The translations under genes and the position numbers were made by a program. A model generated the notes under the pieces. The model had not been told where the DNA came from, did not search any database, and worked only from the letters and a program-made list of their open reading frames with translations. A stretch of 63,808 nucleotides of DNA, counting the filler, from Octopus bimaculoides (taxonomy: Eukaryota), in assembly GCF_001194135.2 (NCBI RefSeq). It is 4 parts of 3 records of this genome, joined end to end, with 100 filler letters (N's around TTAATTAATTAA, not from the genome) between each part and the next. Parts side by side here need not be neighbours in the genome. Positions count along the whole stretch, not along the records: positions 1 to 23,492 come from NC_068999.1; 3 more parts are not named here. One strand, 5' to 3'. This document shows, piece by piece, positions 1-12,609 of this stretch. How positions within the stretch are numbered: the stretch's first letter is position 1; every line of letters starts with the position of its first letter.

Positions 1-32
1 ATTATATATATATATATATATATATATAAATA

Positions 33-790
33 CAGGATCCGATAAATAAACTATCGTCTGGATTACGCAAAATGAAAATAATATTGGCATCTCCTTTAGA
101 CAGAAATATTTACCAAAATCTTGAAATACTAAAGAGTAAATTTACTCAATAAAATCGCCATTGGCTTCAACGACTTCGGAATCTTCTGCAACTCTTCTGG
201 ACGGTCTCCTTGTTTAAATTGGTGAATGCTGCCATAATCCTTACCTTCAGTTCATCTTTGGTGTTATAAGGAGTTTTGTTGGTCTCTCGCTCAACTACGC
301 CCCATACATAATCAAGAGGGTTGTAGTCTGGGGAGTTGGGTGGCCAGGTGTTAGGGGTGACGTGGGCGCAGAAAGTGTCTGACAGCCTTGACTTGTTCCT
401 CCTGCTTGTGTGGTATGGTGCAGAATCTTGTTGCCAGACATAGTCTTTCAGCGGTCACCCTCTTGACCCAGGTCAGCACTACCTCTTCCAGACTCTTGAC
501 GTAAGCCTCTGTGATGAGTCTGAGGCTGTGTGGGGAGTTGAATGGCGGCATAATGTCGCTATCACGAGTGATCACTCCAAACGTCATAATGTTGACTGGA
601 TATTTGATTTTTATCTCTCTCGGTACATGTCCTCAGATTGCAATGTCCTCAGATTCACACCCAAACACTCTGAAATATTCGTATTGAAGCTTCTGGCGCG
701 AATGTCAAGCAGTACAGCAGGTCATTTCAAAATTTCTGGCAGAGTGAATTGTGTCATACTACTGGTGTTTTCACAAATGGTACCCAACTG
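33..790 (-). mobile_element. Tc1/mariner maT (DD37D) transposon remnant, internally deleted pseudo-transposase
   Basis: Hand translation of the minus strand: N-terminus MTQFTLPEILK*PAVLL..LGVNLRT from 757, joined to DVPREIKIKYPVNIMTFGV..VWQQDSAPYHTSRRNKSRLSDTFCAHVTPNTWPPNSPDYNPLDYVWG..VVEANGDFIE* (stop 142-144). 37 residues lie between the 2nd and 3rd catalytic D. One terminus is TA|CAGG at 31-36; frameshifts and a stop are present. Confidence 0.85.
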
Positions 791-886
791 ACCCTACTAT
801 AATGTGTGGTCGACAAAATCAAAAGGAAAAAAGGTGCATGCATGAAAATTAAAAATATAAAATGGTGACAATTTACCCATCGAAAC

Positions 887-918
<32 letters not shown>

Positions 919-930
919 GTGTGTGCATGT

Positions 931-965
<35 letters not shown>

Positions 966-3045
966 TATATATCTTATGCATAATTGCATAATGTTTTTTC
1001 CCATACTCAACTCGTAAAAGATTTTAAATATTTCTATTGAAATACATACATACATACAAACATACATATATATGCACACATATATACACATATGTGTATA
1101 TGCATGTATATTTAGGTTGCTTAATAATGAATTGTTAAATAATCTTCAAAGCTTTCCCTTGTAAGCTATTTCGTTATTACTTCATTTCTACAACTCAACA
1201 ACAATTTCTTTTATTCTAAGCTTTAGGGAAAGAAGCAATTTATATGATGGTCATATATCCAAGTCACTGGTTAATTTCCTTACAAATTAATATGTTTAAA
1301 TTTTAACATATCCAACCCATGCGAATATCAATATTTACTGAGTATTACTGCAAACGTAGCTTCGATGCGCCTGGTGAAATTACTAGGAATTGCTTCTTAC
1401 GGGTAAATAATGTCCGTCAGGTTTGTTTTTCTTATGCGAAGAATTTATTATCAATGAGTGAAAAGAACATACATATATTTCCATACCATTCTTTTCTTTT
1501 TTCATGAGATAAACCTAAAGTCTCTGGCAGTAGTGAATAGCCCTATCTCACCCTCTTCCTGAACTTTTCAGCAAGATATAAATCGAGATTTTAAAATTGG
1601 TTAGTCTAATTTAATTTAAAAATTAAGAAAAATCTATTTCTGTTTTTATTTTTCTCGCAGTGGAGAAATGAAGGCAAAAGAAATAAAGTTAATGATAGAG
1701 GGTGAAAAACCTATTCCATGTTTTTCAAATAGTGGTAGTTGTTTCCATAGTTATTGAAAGTGATAGTTTCTGTTTTCAGAAGATATTGTCCCTTCTCTTC
1801 TGGAACCGGTAGAATACTACTGAATCCGTTAGTATCTACATACAAGATTCCACTTATTTTTAATTAGAAACCTTACACTTGATAAAAAGAAGATTTATTT
1901 CTATGAATTTCGCTCCCATCATATCTAGATTTGAATTTATATATATGTATATATATCATTTTGTTGTCATATTTAGACACAAAATTTTGTTATATTTTTG
2001 GACATCTCATTTTTAAAATGAAATAGTTTCTGTGATTCTTATCTATAATCTAATTTAATTTTACCGTCTGATTTTATGAAATGAGTGAGAAAGAGAAGGG
2101 CGGATGGGGTAGGAAGAGATTAAGATGAAACTGTAAATAATTGATTCTGCAGATAGAAGACACACAAAAAATAATAACAAACAAAAATACTGTTAAACCG
2201 CAAGACAAACATACAAAATTATGTAAAAACTGCAAAATAAATGACGTCGAAATTATTGGAGCTTCTACATACACACACACACACACACACACAAAAACAC
2301 ACATATATTTATAGATTTATATATATATATATATATATATGTATGTTTATTCATACATACACACAGATGCACCGATATACACATTCGCACACACACATAC
2401 ATAAACATACATGCATATTTATAAGTATTTATATATGTATGTATTCATTTTAAATATAAAAATGTGAAATGTTTGGACAAAAATTAAAAAAAAAAATTAA
2501 CGTTAATAATAATTAAGAGTACAAAAATTATATTGATTATTATTAATGATTTCTAACACGATGATGATGATGATGAACATGATGATGATGAACATGATGA
2601 TGATGATGATGCAAATGACATCTTTAATAATAATGATAAGTCAAATATGCATACATTCATACATACATATATTTACAGACGTATATATGTGCGTGTGTAC
2701 ATATATACAATTATATACATACGTATACATATGTATATATATTTTCACATCCACTCACACACTAAGTGGAAAATACAATCATAAAAGCCGGCTACTTTGG
2801 CTTAAAGTGTAAAAGGAGAAAAAATTCGACGCAGACTTCTGAATCTGACGAAATTTTTATGGAAAGAAAGAAAAATATTTTTTAAACTCGCATATTAATT
2901 GATTTCATCCATAAATAGCTAAATTTCTTCTCTTTTTATTCTTCCATTGCTAGAAATGAAGCTTTTGAGTGATTCTTGCTAATTTTTTGAAAAAGGTCAA
3001 TCTAAATAGATATAAAACCTAAGAGCTTTGACATTTTTGTATAGA

Positions 3046-3061
3046 GTAGTAGTAGTAGTAA

Positions 3062-3117
<56 letters not shown>
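3046..3117. repeat. (TAG)n microsatellite forming the tail of the adjacent minus-strand SINE
   Basis: Direct reading. Confidence 0.95.
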
Positions 3118-3118
<1 letters not shown>

Positions 3119-3303
3119 GGTTCTCAAATTCTGGCACAAGGCCAGCATTTTCGAGGGAGCGGGTAAGTGGATTACATCGATTCCTGAAAAGGTGAAAGGC
3201 AAAGTTGACGTCGGTGAAATTTGGTCTTAGAACGTAAAAAAGGGCCAAATGCCGCCAAGTATTTTTGCCCGGTGTGCTAACGATTCTACAAGCCCACCGC
3301 CTT
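3119..3303 (-). mobile_element. SINE family B copy (tRNA-like head, Nin/Deu-like core)
   Basis: Reverse complement matches the GGCGGTGAGCTGGCAGAATCGTTAGCAC..GTTCAAAT..TTTGCCTTTCATCCTTTC pattern of the copies at 3338, 3589 and 43463. Confidence 0.8.
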
Positions 3304-3337
3304 TTTAATAATAATAATAATTATTATTATTAACATC

Positions 3338-3550
3338 AAGGCAGCGTGTTGACAGAATCGTTAGAAAGCCGAACAAAAAGCCTAGTAGCATTTTGCCCGT
3401 CGCTACGATCTGCGTTCAAATTACGGCAAGGCCGACTTTGCCTTTCATCCTTTCAAGGTCGATAAATTAAGTACCAATTGCGTACTTGGGTCGAGGTAAT
3501 TGATTAGTCCCCTCCCCACAAATTTCAGGCCTCGTGCCTATAATACAATG
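3338..3550 (+). mobile_element. SINE family B copy
   Basis: GACAGAATCGTTAG..GTTCAAATT..GCCTTTCATCCTTTCAAGGTCGATAAATTAAGTACC..CCCCACAAATTTCAGGCCTCGTGCC followed by an (ATT)n tail. The core resembles the Deu/Nin SINE domain (from memory). Confidence 0.85.
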
Positions 3551-3588
3551 TATTATTATTATTATTATTATTATTATTACTACGGTAA

Positions 3589-3806
3589 AAGACGATGAGG
3601 TGGCAGAATCGTTAGCACGCTGGGCAAAATGCTTAGCGGCATTTCGTCCATCCTTACGTTCTGAGTTCAAATTCCGCTGCGGTCGACTTTGCCCTTCATC
3701 TTTTCGGAGTCGATAACTTTAGTATACCAGTTGAGTACTGAGGTCGATGTAATCGATTAGTCCCCTCCCCACAAATTTCAGGCCTCGTGCCTTTAGTCTA
3801 AAGGAT
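3589..3806 (+). mobile_element. SINE family B copy
   Basis: TGGCAGAATCGTTAGCACGCTGGG..GAGTTCAAATTCC (B-box-like)..same 3' end as the 3338 copy. Confidence 0.85.
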
Positions 3807-3821
3807 TATCATTATCATGAG

Positions 3822-4355
3822 TGAGATGGCGGAATCATTTAATCGATTGCGAAAATGTGTCGCGTTATTTGTGTCACGTGTTTTATCGAAGTTGAAATTC
3901 CCCCGATATCTCTGTTACCTTTCATCATTTTGTGAGCGATGGAATCAACTAAACCCCTCCCGTCAAACTGTTAACGTCATGCCAAAATTAGAAACAGTTA
4001 TTTGAAGGCGATCAGTTGGTAGGTTGTTTGGAGCGTCGGAGGAAATGCATGGTAGCATTTGTTGCGAGTCTTTATCCTCTGAGTTCAAATCCAGCTGAGT
4101 ACAACTTCACATTTCACCCTTTCGATGTTGATTAGATATAGTATCAGCCAAGGAGTGAGGTCAATTGTAATTATGTAATCTCTCCCGTCAAACTTGATGG
4201 AGCTGCTCCTAAATGGTGAGCCAGCAAAATCGTTAAAGAATTGGGAAAAAAAAACCAGAAATGTTACACAAAATTTTTTCGGGTTTTTGCGGTCTGAGTT
4301 CAAATTTCACCGAGGTAAATTTCTGCTGTTTATCGTTCAGGACTCGATAAAATTT
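3822..4355 (+). mobile_element. Three further degenerate SINE family B copies in tandem (about 3822-3995, 4005-4196, 4212-4355)
   Basis: Each retains an AATCGTTA-like head and a GAGTTCAAAT- or GTTGAAATTC-like B box followed by a TTTCA..TT core; boundaries are approximate. Confidence 0.6.
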
Positions 4356-4994
4356 AGTAACAATTTAGTAACGTTCGTCCTATATTAGAACAAAATATTG
4401 TTATTAATGTGGTCGACAGCATTGCAAATTACAGACGTAGTGGTATGTCAGACAAATTGTCTCTTTTTTTTTTTTTTTACGAATATGTACTTTCTCGGTC
4501 CAAATCCAGTGCTAGGCAACATTGTTTGTTATCAATTTTTAACTTACCCTCTGTTGATAACATTAAGTATTAATCAAGAACTACATTCACAATAAGAGAC
4601 TGGTGCGTCGACCAAAATGTCTGGAAATGTGCTTATTTATGATAAGTTGTTTTTATTTTTGTTATTGGTTTTGTTAGATAAAATTCTACTGAGAAAGAAA
4701 ATAAAAGCAACTAAAAAAAGAAGAGTATTTATATCAATATATTTTTGTAATTTGGAAATTTAAAGAAATTATTGCACACAAAAAAAGAGGAAAAAAGCCG
4801 TTACCATCTTCACATGAAACATTTTCCCCCCCAACTCTCAAATACTGGACTTACTGTAACGCATTGCTTAGTGAAGATTTCTAAATTGAATAAATTGAAT
4901 TTAAAGCATTAGATTTCGTATTTAATGTTGTCAACTTTATCAAATTTAACTGAAATTGGTGAAGTTGTAATATTGGGATATACAATTATTATGA

Positions 4995-5012
4995 CTACCA
5001 CTACTACTACTG

Positions 5013-5052
<40 letters not shown>
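4995..5052. repeat. (ACT)n microsatellite
   Basis: Direct reading. Confidence 0.95.
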
Positions 5053-5054
<2 letters not shown>

Positions 5055-5551
5055 TATAATATTTATCATCATCGTTATAGTGTTACCTTTGAATTTATTA
5101 TCATCATTATTATTGTTCATGTTTATTTTTGGTAATATAATTCAGTTAGCAGACATCTTGTTTGGTCGAGATGGCTGCCATCACATACTTGGCGATATGT
5201 CTTCTCAGTAATCAGTGAATACAAATCCACCAACCCCATCATCTCTCTCACCACACATCACCATACACACACACACATACACATTCAAGCATGCACACAT
5301 ACACATATCAAAATACAAACACAAACACACACATTCTCAAACACAAATTATTGTGTTTCTCTAACAAGAACCGACTGCAATTAGTAAAAAAATAATTGCA
5401 GAGAATTTGCAGATGTTATTGTTGTCATCAATTTTGCAGAAGCAAAGCAAATCCAATGAACTAAGTAGAAGAGAACTACATATGTACGCACATATATACA
5501 TACATATTTATATATATGCATTATATACATATATATTAATATATATATGTA

Positions 5552-5601
<50 letters not shown>

Positions 5602-5881
5602 CATTCATACATATCTGTTAGCATATATGCAAATACACACATACGGACTCACTCACACATACAGGCACACGCACACACAGATATGTTTATTTTGAACTCA
5701 TGTATATATCGATATATATATATATATATAATATAGAGAGGAAATATCAAAGATGCTTTACAAAGAACGAAACATACTGTAATGCAGATATCCGTTGTGC
5801 AATCAAATAACCACCTCCTCCAAAATTTGAGGCTTTGTGCTTTTAGTAGGATGACTCATCATCATCATCATCATCGTCGTT

Positions 5882-5913
<32 letters not shown>

Positions 5914-7092
5914 ATTTAGCTACGATTTGAATCTTTAGTACGTTGTTTTCTGTGTCTGCTTGCGTATTTGTGTGTACGTGTGCGTGCATATATATATGCA
6001 CATGTTTTCGCATGTCCACATTTGGTATGCATCAATGGGAATCGAAGTTGTTGTTCATCTCTAGGTTGTTTCATAAAAATAAGATAAGGATTTCTCGCCA
6101 TGACCTTCCTGTTAGGTTTTCACACACAATATATATTTAGCTTCCAAGTTATTTGTTTATCTTGTTTTTATTCGTAGTCTTAGAGTGTGTAATTTGGAAG
6201 ATATCTGGCTGTTATTTCTAGCCAGTAGACCGACCACATCATTTCTATATCTCTGTTGTCAGAATGCAAAGTTCAATATTATTGCATAACGGGGAAGGGT
6301 AAATATTTCTGATTGAAGGAGACGCGGCACTTATAATTTTAAGTCACGATAAAAGTTGTTTGAGCTGTGAAAACCGAACACAATTATTGTAGCAACTTGT
6401 AATAGAAAGACGTTCTTGAAAAAATCTAATAGACCTAGTCAGAAATACACTTGAGGAAAGAATCTTTAAGCCATTTATTTAGAGTGAAGAATTGTTTGTC
6501 TGCGAGAACATTACATACTGGCCGACTAGTTTCAAATGAATGCACTCAATATACATTTTGCTTCAATGCTTTGTAATACAAAAGCAAAAAGTCCAGAAAC
6601 GTTATAAATAGCTGTCTCAGCAATTATGGCCTGTTGCTAGCAGCTGAGAATTGTAAAGACGTTTGTTACTTTATAAGAATTACTCTATTCTGTCCTCTAG
6701 CTATTGTTTCAATGGCTATCGAGAAAATAAGCAGACGAGACAATCTAACCAATCATAGCTTACGATGCTGATAAAAAGGTGGTGGTGGGACAAAACATAC
6801 GAAAATAAACAAAAATAAATACCTATCATTTGGTTGGTTGTCTAGGTAGGTATATATTATTGTTTTTATGTAATGCTAGATGGTATTGTATTTATTTATT
6901 TATTTTTCCAAAATGGAAATGCAATATAATTTCGCAAAGTGAAAAAGTAGGAATGTGTGCGCGTGTGACGGAGTGGAGAATTTCGATTCTACGGTTCTAT
7001 AAATTGGTCATTCCTCGCTGAAATTATCGTAAAATAAGCGAGATGATCTAAATAGTTCGTCAGATAAAATAAGAACTTCGCAATTTCTGACA

Positions 7093-7110
7093 ATCTAACA
7101 CTGATCTAAC

Positions 7111-7190
<80 letters not shown>
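7093..7190. repeat. Long (CA)n microsatellite, representative of dozens of CA/TA/GA tracts in the window
   Basis: Direct reading. Confidence 0.95.
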
Positions 7191-7191
<1 letters not shown>

Positions 7192-7629
7192 TAGTGTATA
7201 TACGTGAGTGTGCGTATGTGCGTGTGTGAGACATAAGGACTAAAGAAGCGTTCAATATTCATATTTATAAAGTGGATAACTATTGAATACCTGTAATAAT
7301 TTCCTCTCCTATCTCCGCCGTGTTTTTCCTTATCGTTTTTCTATCCAAGAGGCACACAGACATAACTTCGCTCTTCCCAGTTTGCTTCTCATAAACAATA
7401 CAAAGAGTTCGAAACTTTTTTGTATACACGTCATGTTCGCGTTCAGATTTTTTATACAAAAACCCAGCCGTCTTAACATGTGAAACCTTTGCTTTAACAC
7501 AGCATTTGGTAAACTCTGTAGAGGCGTGTTCTCGTGGAGCACATCTATATATGCCTGTTTAGATAAGTGTGTATATATGTGTGCGTGTATAATCACATCT
7601 ATATATGCGTGTTCAGATAAGTGTGTATG

Positions 7630-7685
<56 letters not shown>

Positions 7686-8280
7686 NNNNNNNNNNNNNNN
7701 NNNNNNNNNNNNNNNNNNNNNNNNNNNNNNNNNNNNNNNNNNNNNNNNNNNNNNNNNNNNNNNNNNNNNNNNNNNNNNNNNNNNNNNNNNNNNNNNNNNN
7801 NNNNNNNNNNNNNNNNNNNNNNNNNNNNNNNNNNNNNNNNNNNNNNNNNNNNNNNNNNNNNNNNNNNNNNNNNNNNNNNNNNNNNNNNNNNNNNNNNNNN
7901 NNNNNNNNNNNNNNNNNNNNNNNNNNNNNNNNNNNNNNNNNNNNNNNNNNNNNNNNNNNNNNNNNNNNNNNNNNNNNNNNNNNNNNNNNNNNNNNNNNNN
8001 NNGGAGGCAACAGTGGTTTGGTGCTAAATCTAGTACAAAACTAGTTTACCTGTTGCTATCCTCAACGGACAAATAAACATAATTTGTTTGTTTGATTTCT
8101 TCTTGTCACTCTTTCTTTCGTCAAAATCGATGATCTCTATAAAACTATATTGAAAGAGTCAGCGAGCTGTTGTGGAGGTTCTCTGGTTTCATTCAGTGAG
8201 AAAGGTGAAAGAGTTCAATACTAAAAATATTGCAACGGGGGAGAATTTACATTTCAATTTTTCCCTAAGCCAAGAAAGGT

Positions 8281-8800
8281 CTCTCTCTCTCTCTCCTCTC
8301 TCTGTCTTTCTATCTGTGTATATATGTGTCTCTCTCTTTCGATTTCTGTGTCTTTCTCTTTCTCCTAGTCTCTATCTTTGACTCTGTCACTGTCTACTGG
8401 CCTGCCTGTCTGTCTGTCTGTCTGTCTTTCTGTGTCTCTGTGTCTCTGTGTCTTTCTCTCTCTCTCTTCTTATTGTGGCCATGTCTATGTCTCTCTCACT
8501 CTCTCTCTTTCTTTCTGTCGGTCACTGTTTGTCCCCACTTCTCTTTCTCTCGATCTCTGTTTGTCCCCACCCCTCTCTCTCTCTCTCTTTCTTATCTGTG
8601 TGTGTATGCGTCTCTCTTTTTCTATCTCTGTGCCTTTCTCTTTCTCCTGGTCTCTATCTTTGACTCTGTCACTGTCTACTGGTCTGCCTGCCTGCCTGTC
8701 TGTCTCTCTGTCCTTCTGTGTCCCTATCTCTTTCTCTCTCTCTCTTCTTTTTGTGGCCATGTCTCTCTCTCTTTCTTTCTGTCGGTCACTTTGTCCCCAC

Positions 8801-8833
<33 letters not shown>

Positions 8834-9009
8834 CCTCTCTTTCTTCTTATATGTGTGTGTATGTGTCTCTCTTTTTCTCTCCCTGTGTCTTTCTCTTTCT
8901 CCTTGTCTCTATCTTTGACTCTGTCACTGTCTACTGGTCTGCCTGCCTGTCTGTCTGTATTTCTCTCTCTCTCTCTCTTTCTTTCTGTCGGTCACTGTTT
9001 GTCCCCACT

Positions 9010-9043
<34 letters not shown>

Positions 9044-9077
9044 CTTGTCTCTATCTTTGACTCTGTCACTGTCTGCC
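8281..9077. repeat. Pyrimidine-rich complex tandem repeat with an irregular unit, running into an assembly gap
   Basis: GTCTCTATCTTTGACTCTGTCACTGTCT recurs at about 8368, 8650, 8905 and 9046; TTTCTGTCGGTCACT..TTTGTCCCCACTTCTCTTTCT also recurs. Confidence 0.9.
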
Positions 9078-9497
9078 NNNNNNNNNNNNNNNNNNNNNNN
9101 NNNNNNNNNNNNNNNNNNNNNNNNNNNNNNNNNNNNNNNNNNNNNNNNNNNNNNNNNNNNNNNNNNNNNNNNNNNNNNNNNNNNNNNNNNNNNNNNNNNN
9201 NNNNNNNNNNNNNNNNNNNNNNNNNNNNNNNNNNNNNNNNNNNNNNNNNNNNNNNNNNNNNNNNNNNNNNNNNNNNNNNNNNNNNNNNNNNNNNNNNNNN
9301 NNNNNNNNNNNNNNNNNNNNNNNNNNNNNNNNNNNNNNNNNNNNNNNNNNNNNNNNNNNNNNNNNNNNNNNNNNNNNNNNNNNNNNNNNNNNNNNNNNNN
9401 NNNNNNNNNNNNNNNNNNNNNNNNNNNNNNNNNNNNNNNNNNNNNNNNNNNNNNNNNNNNNNNNNNNNNNNNNNNNNNNNNNNNNNNNNNNNNNNNN

Positions 9498-9559
<62 letters not shown>

Positions 9560-9657
9560 ACACACACACATGTATATGTGTGAATATGTACACGAGAGGC
9601 TTCCATACTGTCTCCGTTTAGCAAATTTACTGACAAGAGAATGAATACCCTGAAATT

Positions 9658-9755
9658 GTAGTAGAAAGCACTTACTTGAGGTTGTCGTACAATGGAATTG
9701 AACCTGATACCACGTGGCTGTGAAGTGAGCATATTAATCATATATAACTCACCCA
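9658..9755 (-). mobile_element. SINE family A 5' (tRNA-like) fragment
   Basis: Reverse complement aligns with the head of the full copy at 59745 (CCACGTGGTATCAGGTTCAATTCC..CCTCAAGTAAGTG). Confidence 0.6.
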
Positions 9756-11850
9756 TCTAAAGAGCCATGGTGGTGGTGATGGTGGGGATAATGATTGTCG
9801 ACTGAGACGGAATTTTAACTGAGAATTCTTGAATTTTAATTTAGAACACCGATTCTGGAATTGCTGAAGTGAATCAAATAGCATGACAATGCTACCGACA
9901 TATTTTCATTAATACATGGCATGCGCGCGCACGCATGAATGTGTTTGTGTTTGTTTTTGTGTGTATGTGTGTGTGAGTGTCTGCCGCGTGGATACAGCGC
10001 TGTGCTGCTGACAGAATAAGACCTTTTGAACTTTTTGGTTGAAAAGTCAATATGTTATCATCTTGGTAGCAGCACTTCTAATTGAAATGGTATTTTCGTT
10101 TTTATTTAGCAGTCCACTTCTGTTTGTTGGTTTCGCCTTCTGTTTTTTCACAGAGCAATTAGATCTCACTACAGAAAATGTGGGCAATGTTTAAATTACA
10201 ACACTCTAATACCCCTCCCCGCATCACTTCAATTTCCAATTTGAAGACATCGCACAGAGCAGTGTCTGCTATCAGATGGATATCTCATTGAGATATCTAA
10301 TTACGAAGTCGAAGACAATTTTATGATAAGACAATGACAAAGACACCTTAAAAATTTCCTTATTTCTGCTCACAAAATTACAAAGGAACACTACTTTAAT
10401 GAATACGCACACACACACAAAAACACACACATACACGCACACACACACACACACTCAGACACACACACTCAGACACACACTCAGACACACACACACACAT
10501 ATATATGTATGAATATATATTTGTATACCTAGCGATTTGTCTGTCTGTTTGTATGTATATATATATTTATATGTAAGGAAGAAAGATATATATATATATA
10601 TGTATGTATGCATAGACAGAGACAGACACACAAATAGATAGTTATATATACGTGTGTGTGCGTGTGTTTGTGTGACACTCTGAAACCATATTCAGTAAAA
10701 TGTTCTCTTGTAATTTTTTGCTCAAAAACAAGGAAATTGTTCAGGTATCTTCACTCATATATATACCAGTCATGTGCTGGGGTCCATTCTTCATTTTGTT
10801 TAACTCGTTTGTCATTGATTCCTTCTGGAAGAAATCTAGGCGTTGTTCAGTGCTTACACACACAGACGAGCACATACATCTGTACACACAGGCATGCACA
10901 TATGCAGTACGAAGATAAGGATGAGGATATTCAAAAAGAAGATGAAGAGGAACAGAAGGAAATGGTGGTGATGATGATGATGATGATGATGATGAAAAAG
11001 AAGAAAAAGAAAATGCTGCTGCGTATGGTGATGATAACGATAACAATGATGATGATGAAAAAGAAATATAGGACAAAATAACCAGAAGAAGGGGAAGATG
11101 AGAAAGAGGAGGAGGAGGAGGAGGAGGAGAAGAAGAAGATGATTACGACGACGGTAATAAAAACGAAGAAGAAAAGAGCAATATTTCATTTTTCTTTATT
11201 TGGGAAACATTTCTGAACGTGCATATTTCTGTGACGGCATCTTTAACTATTATATGAGCAATAAGTTGGATTCTAAAAGCTAATCAGTAAATTAAAATTA
11301 CAACTAATGTATCAATAACATCAAATAACCGAGCTGTCATGTGCATATAAGGTGCATTAGCATCGCACAGCCTGTCTGCCCGCCTGCCTGCCTGCCTGTG
11401 TTTACCTACCAGTCTATCTACCATATTTATATACATACACGTCCTCTTATGTGTCTATTGATTGTAGATGTTGTTTGGAAATTAAATTTAATCAGTGAAT
11501 GTTATATTAAAACTGGTGTTGCATACGAAAGGAACAGGCTGCGCTTATACACACATACACAAACCTCACACACAAACACACGCGCACGCGAGCACACACA
11601 ATATATATCTGTATGAGAATGTATGTCTTTATATATAAGAATGTATTTGTGTGTGTATATATATATACTTATATACATACATACACAGACACATACACAG
11701 GGGCATATTTTCACACTAGCACGAATATATAGACATACATGCACACCTTTATATATGAATATGTAGGAATCTATATACGTTCACACGTATGCATATATAT
11801 ACACTTTTACATACTTTTATATTTGGGTGTTTGAAAGCATACACAGGCAG

Positions 11851-11887
<37 letters not shown>

Positions 11888-12262
11888 TTCATGTATGTAT
11901 ATATTCGTATAAATACAAACAGACACAGACACGCATACATATATATTGCGTTGATAGATAAATACACACACACGCGCGCGTGCATGTATGTATGTACATA
12001 CTTATGTGTATGTTTACAAGAATTATTAGATATGTAGGAACGGTAGAAATATGCCATTAAAAGAGAACTGGATAACACTGTGGGTGTAAGTATTAATTAA
12101 TTTAGATACAGTCATACATCTTACCATTCTGTTAGTCAGGTTTTCATGCCATGTGTCACGGGATGATCATCCAACACGCAGCACAATACATATAGGCTTC
12201 TATATAAACACATGTGCCTGTTTGTGGAAGAATATATCTCGCATTTGATAAATTCATATACG

Positions 12263-12299
<37 letters not shown>

Positions 12300-12300
<1 letters not shown>

Positions 12301-12485
12301 CTCTTTATCTGCTTTAGTCACTGGAGTACCCCCAGGCTGGGTACTGCTTTGAACAAATCGACCTCCCAGTATTTATCAAGTGTGGTACTTATTCTATTGA
12401 TCGCTTTTTGACAGAATGCTAAGTTACAAGGACGTAATCTAACACTGGTAGTTAAGTGGTAGAGGTGTACAACCAGAAACACACC
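12300..12485 (-). mobile_element. SINE family A 3' half, diverged
   Basis: GGTACTTATTCTATTGATCGC..AAGTTACAAGGACGTAA matches the reverse complement of 60000-60060. Confidence 0.65.
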
Positions 12486-12530
12486 CATCCACTCAAATAT
12501 ATATCTAATAAAGTGCATTTCATATTCAAG

Positions 12531-12609
12531 GCTCTGATGAAGCCGTAGGATATTATCCTGGTACTCGACTAAGAGTCCACCATATCTCATAACAGAAACA
12601 ACCGTAAGC
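12531..12609 (+). ncRNA. Type I hammerhead-ribozyme-like motif with an intact core and decayed stem II
   Basis: GCT-CTGATGA-A-(stem II in register, G12549-T12553 pairing with A12582-C12586, G12542-C12593)-A-GAAAC-AACC-GTA-AGC; stem I is GCT/AGC. Confidence 0.5.

Noticed and set aside
1661-1740. Exon after the strong-looking acceptor TTTTTCTCGCAG
   Set aside because: No good donor, short frames, no recognisable peptide.
7380-7540. Possible Penelope GIY-YIG C-terminal remnant (FCIKNLNANMTCIQKSFELF, minus strand)
   Set aside because: Resemblance too weak to support without a search.
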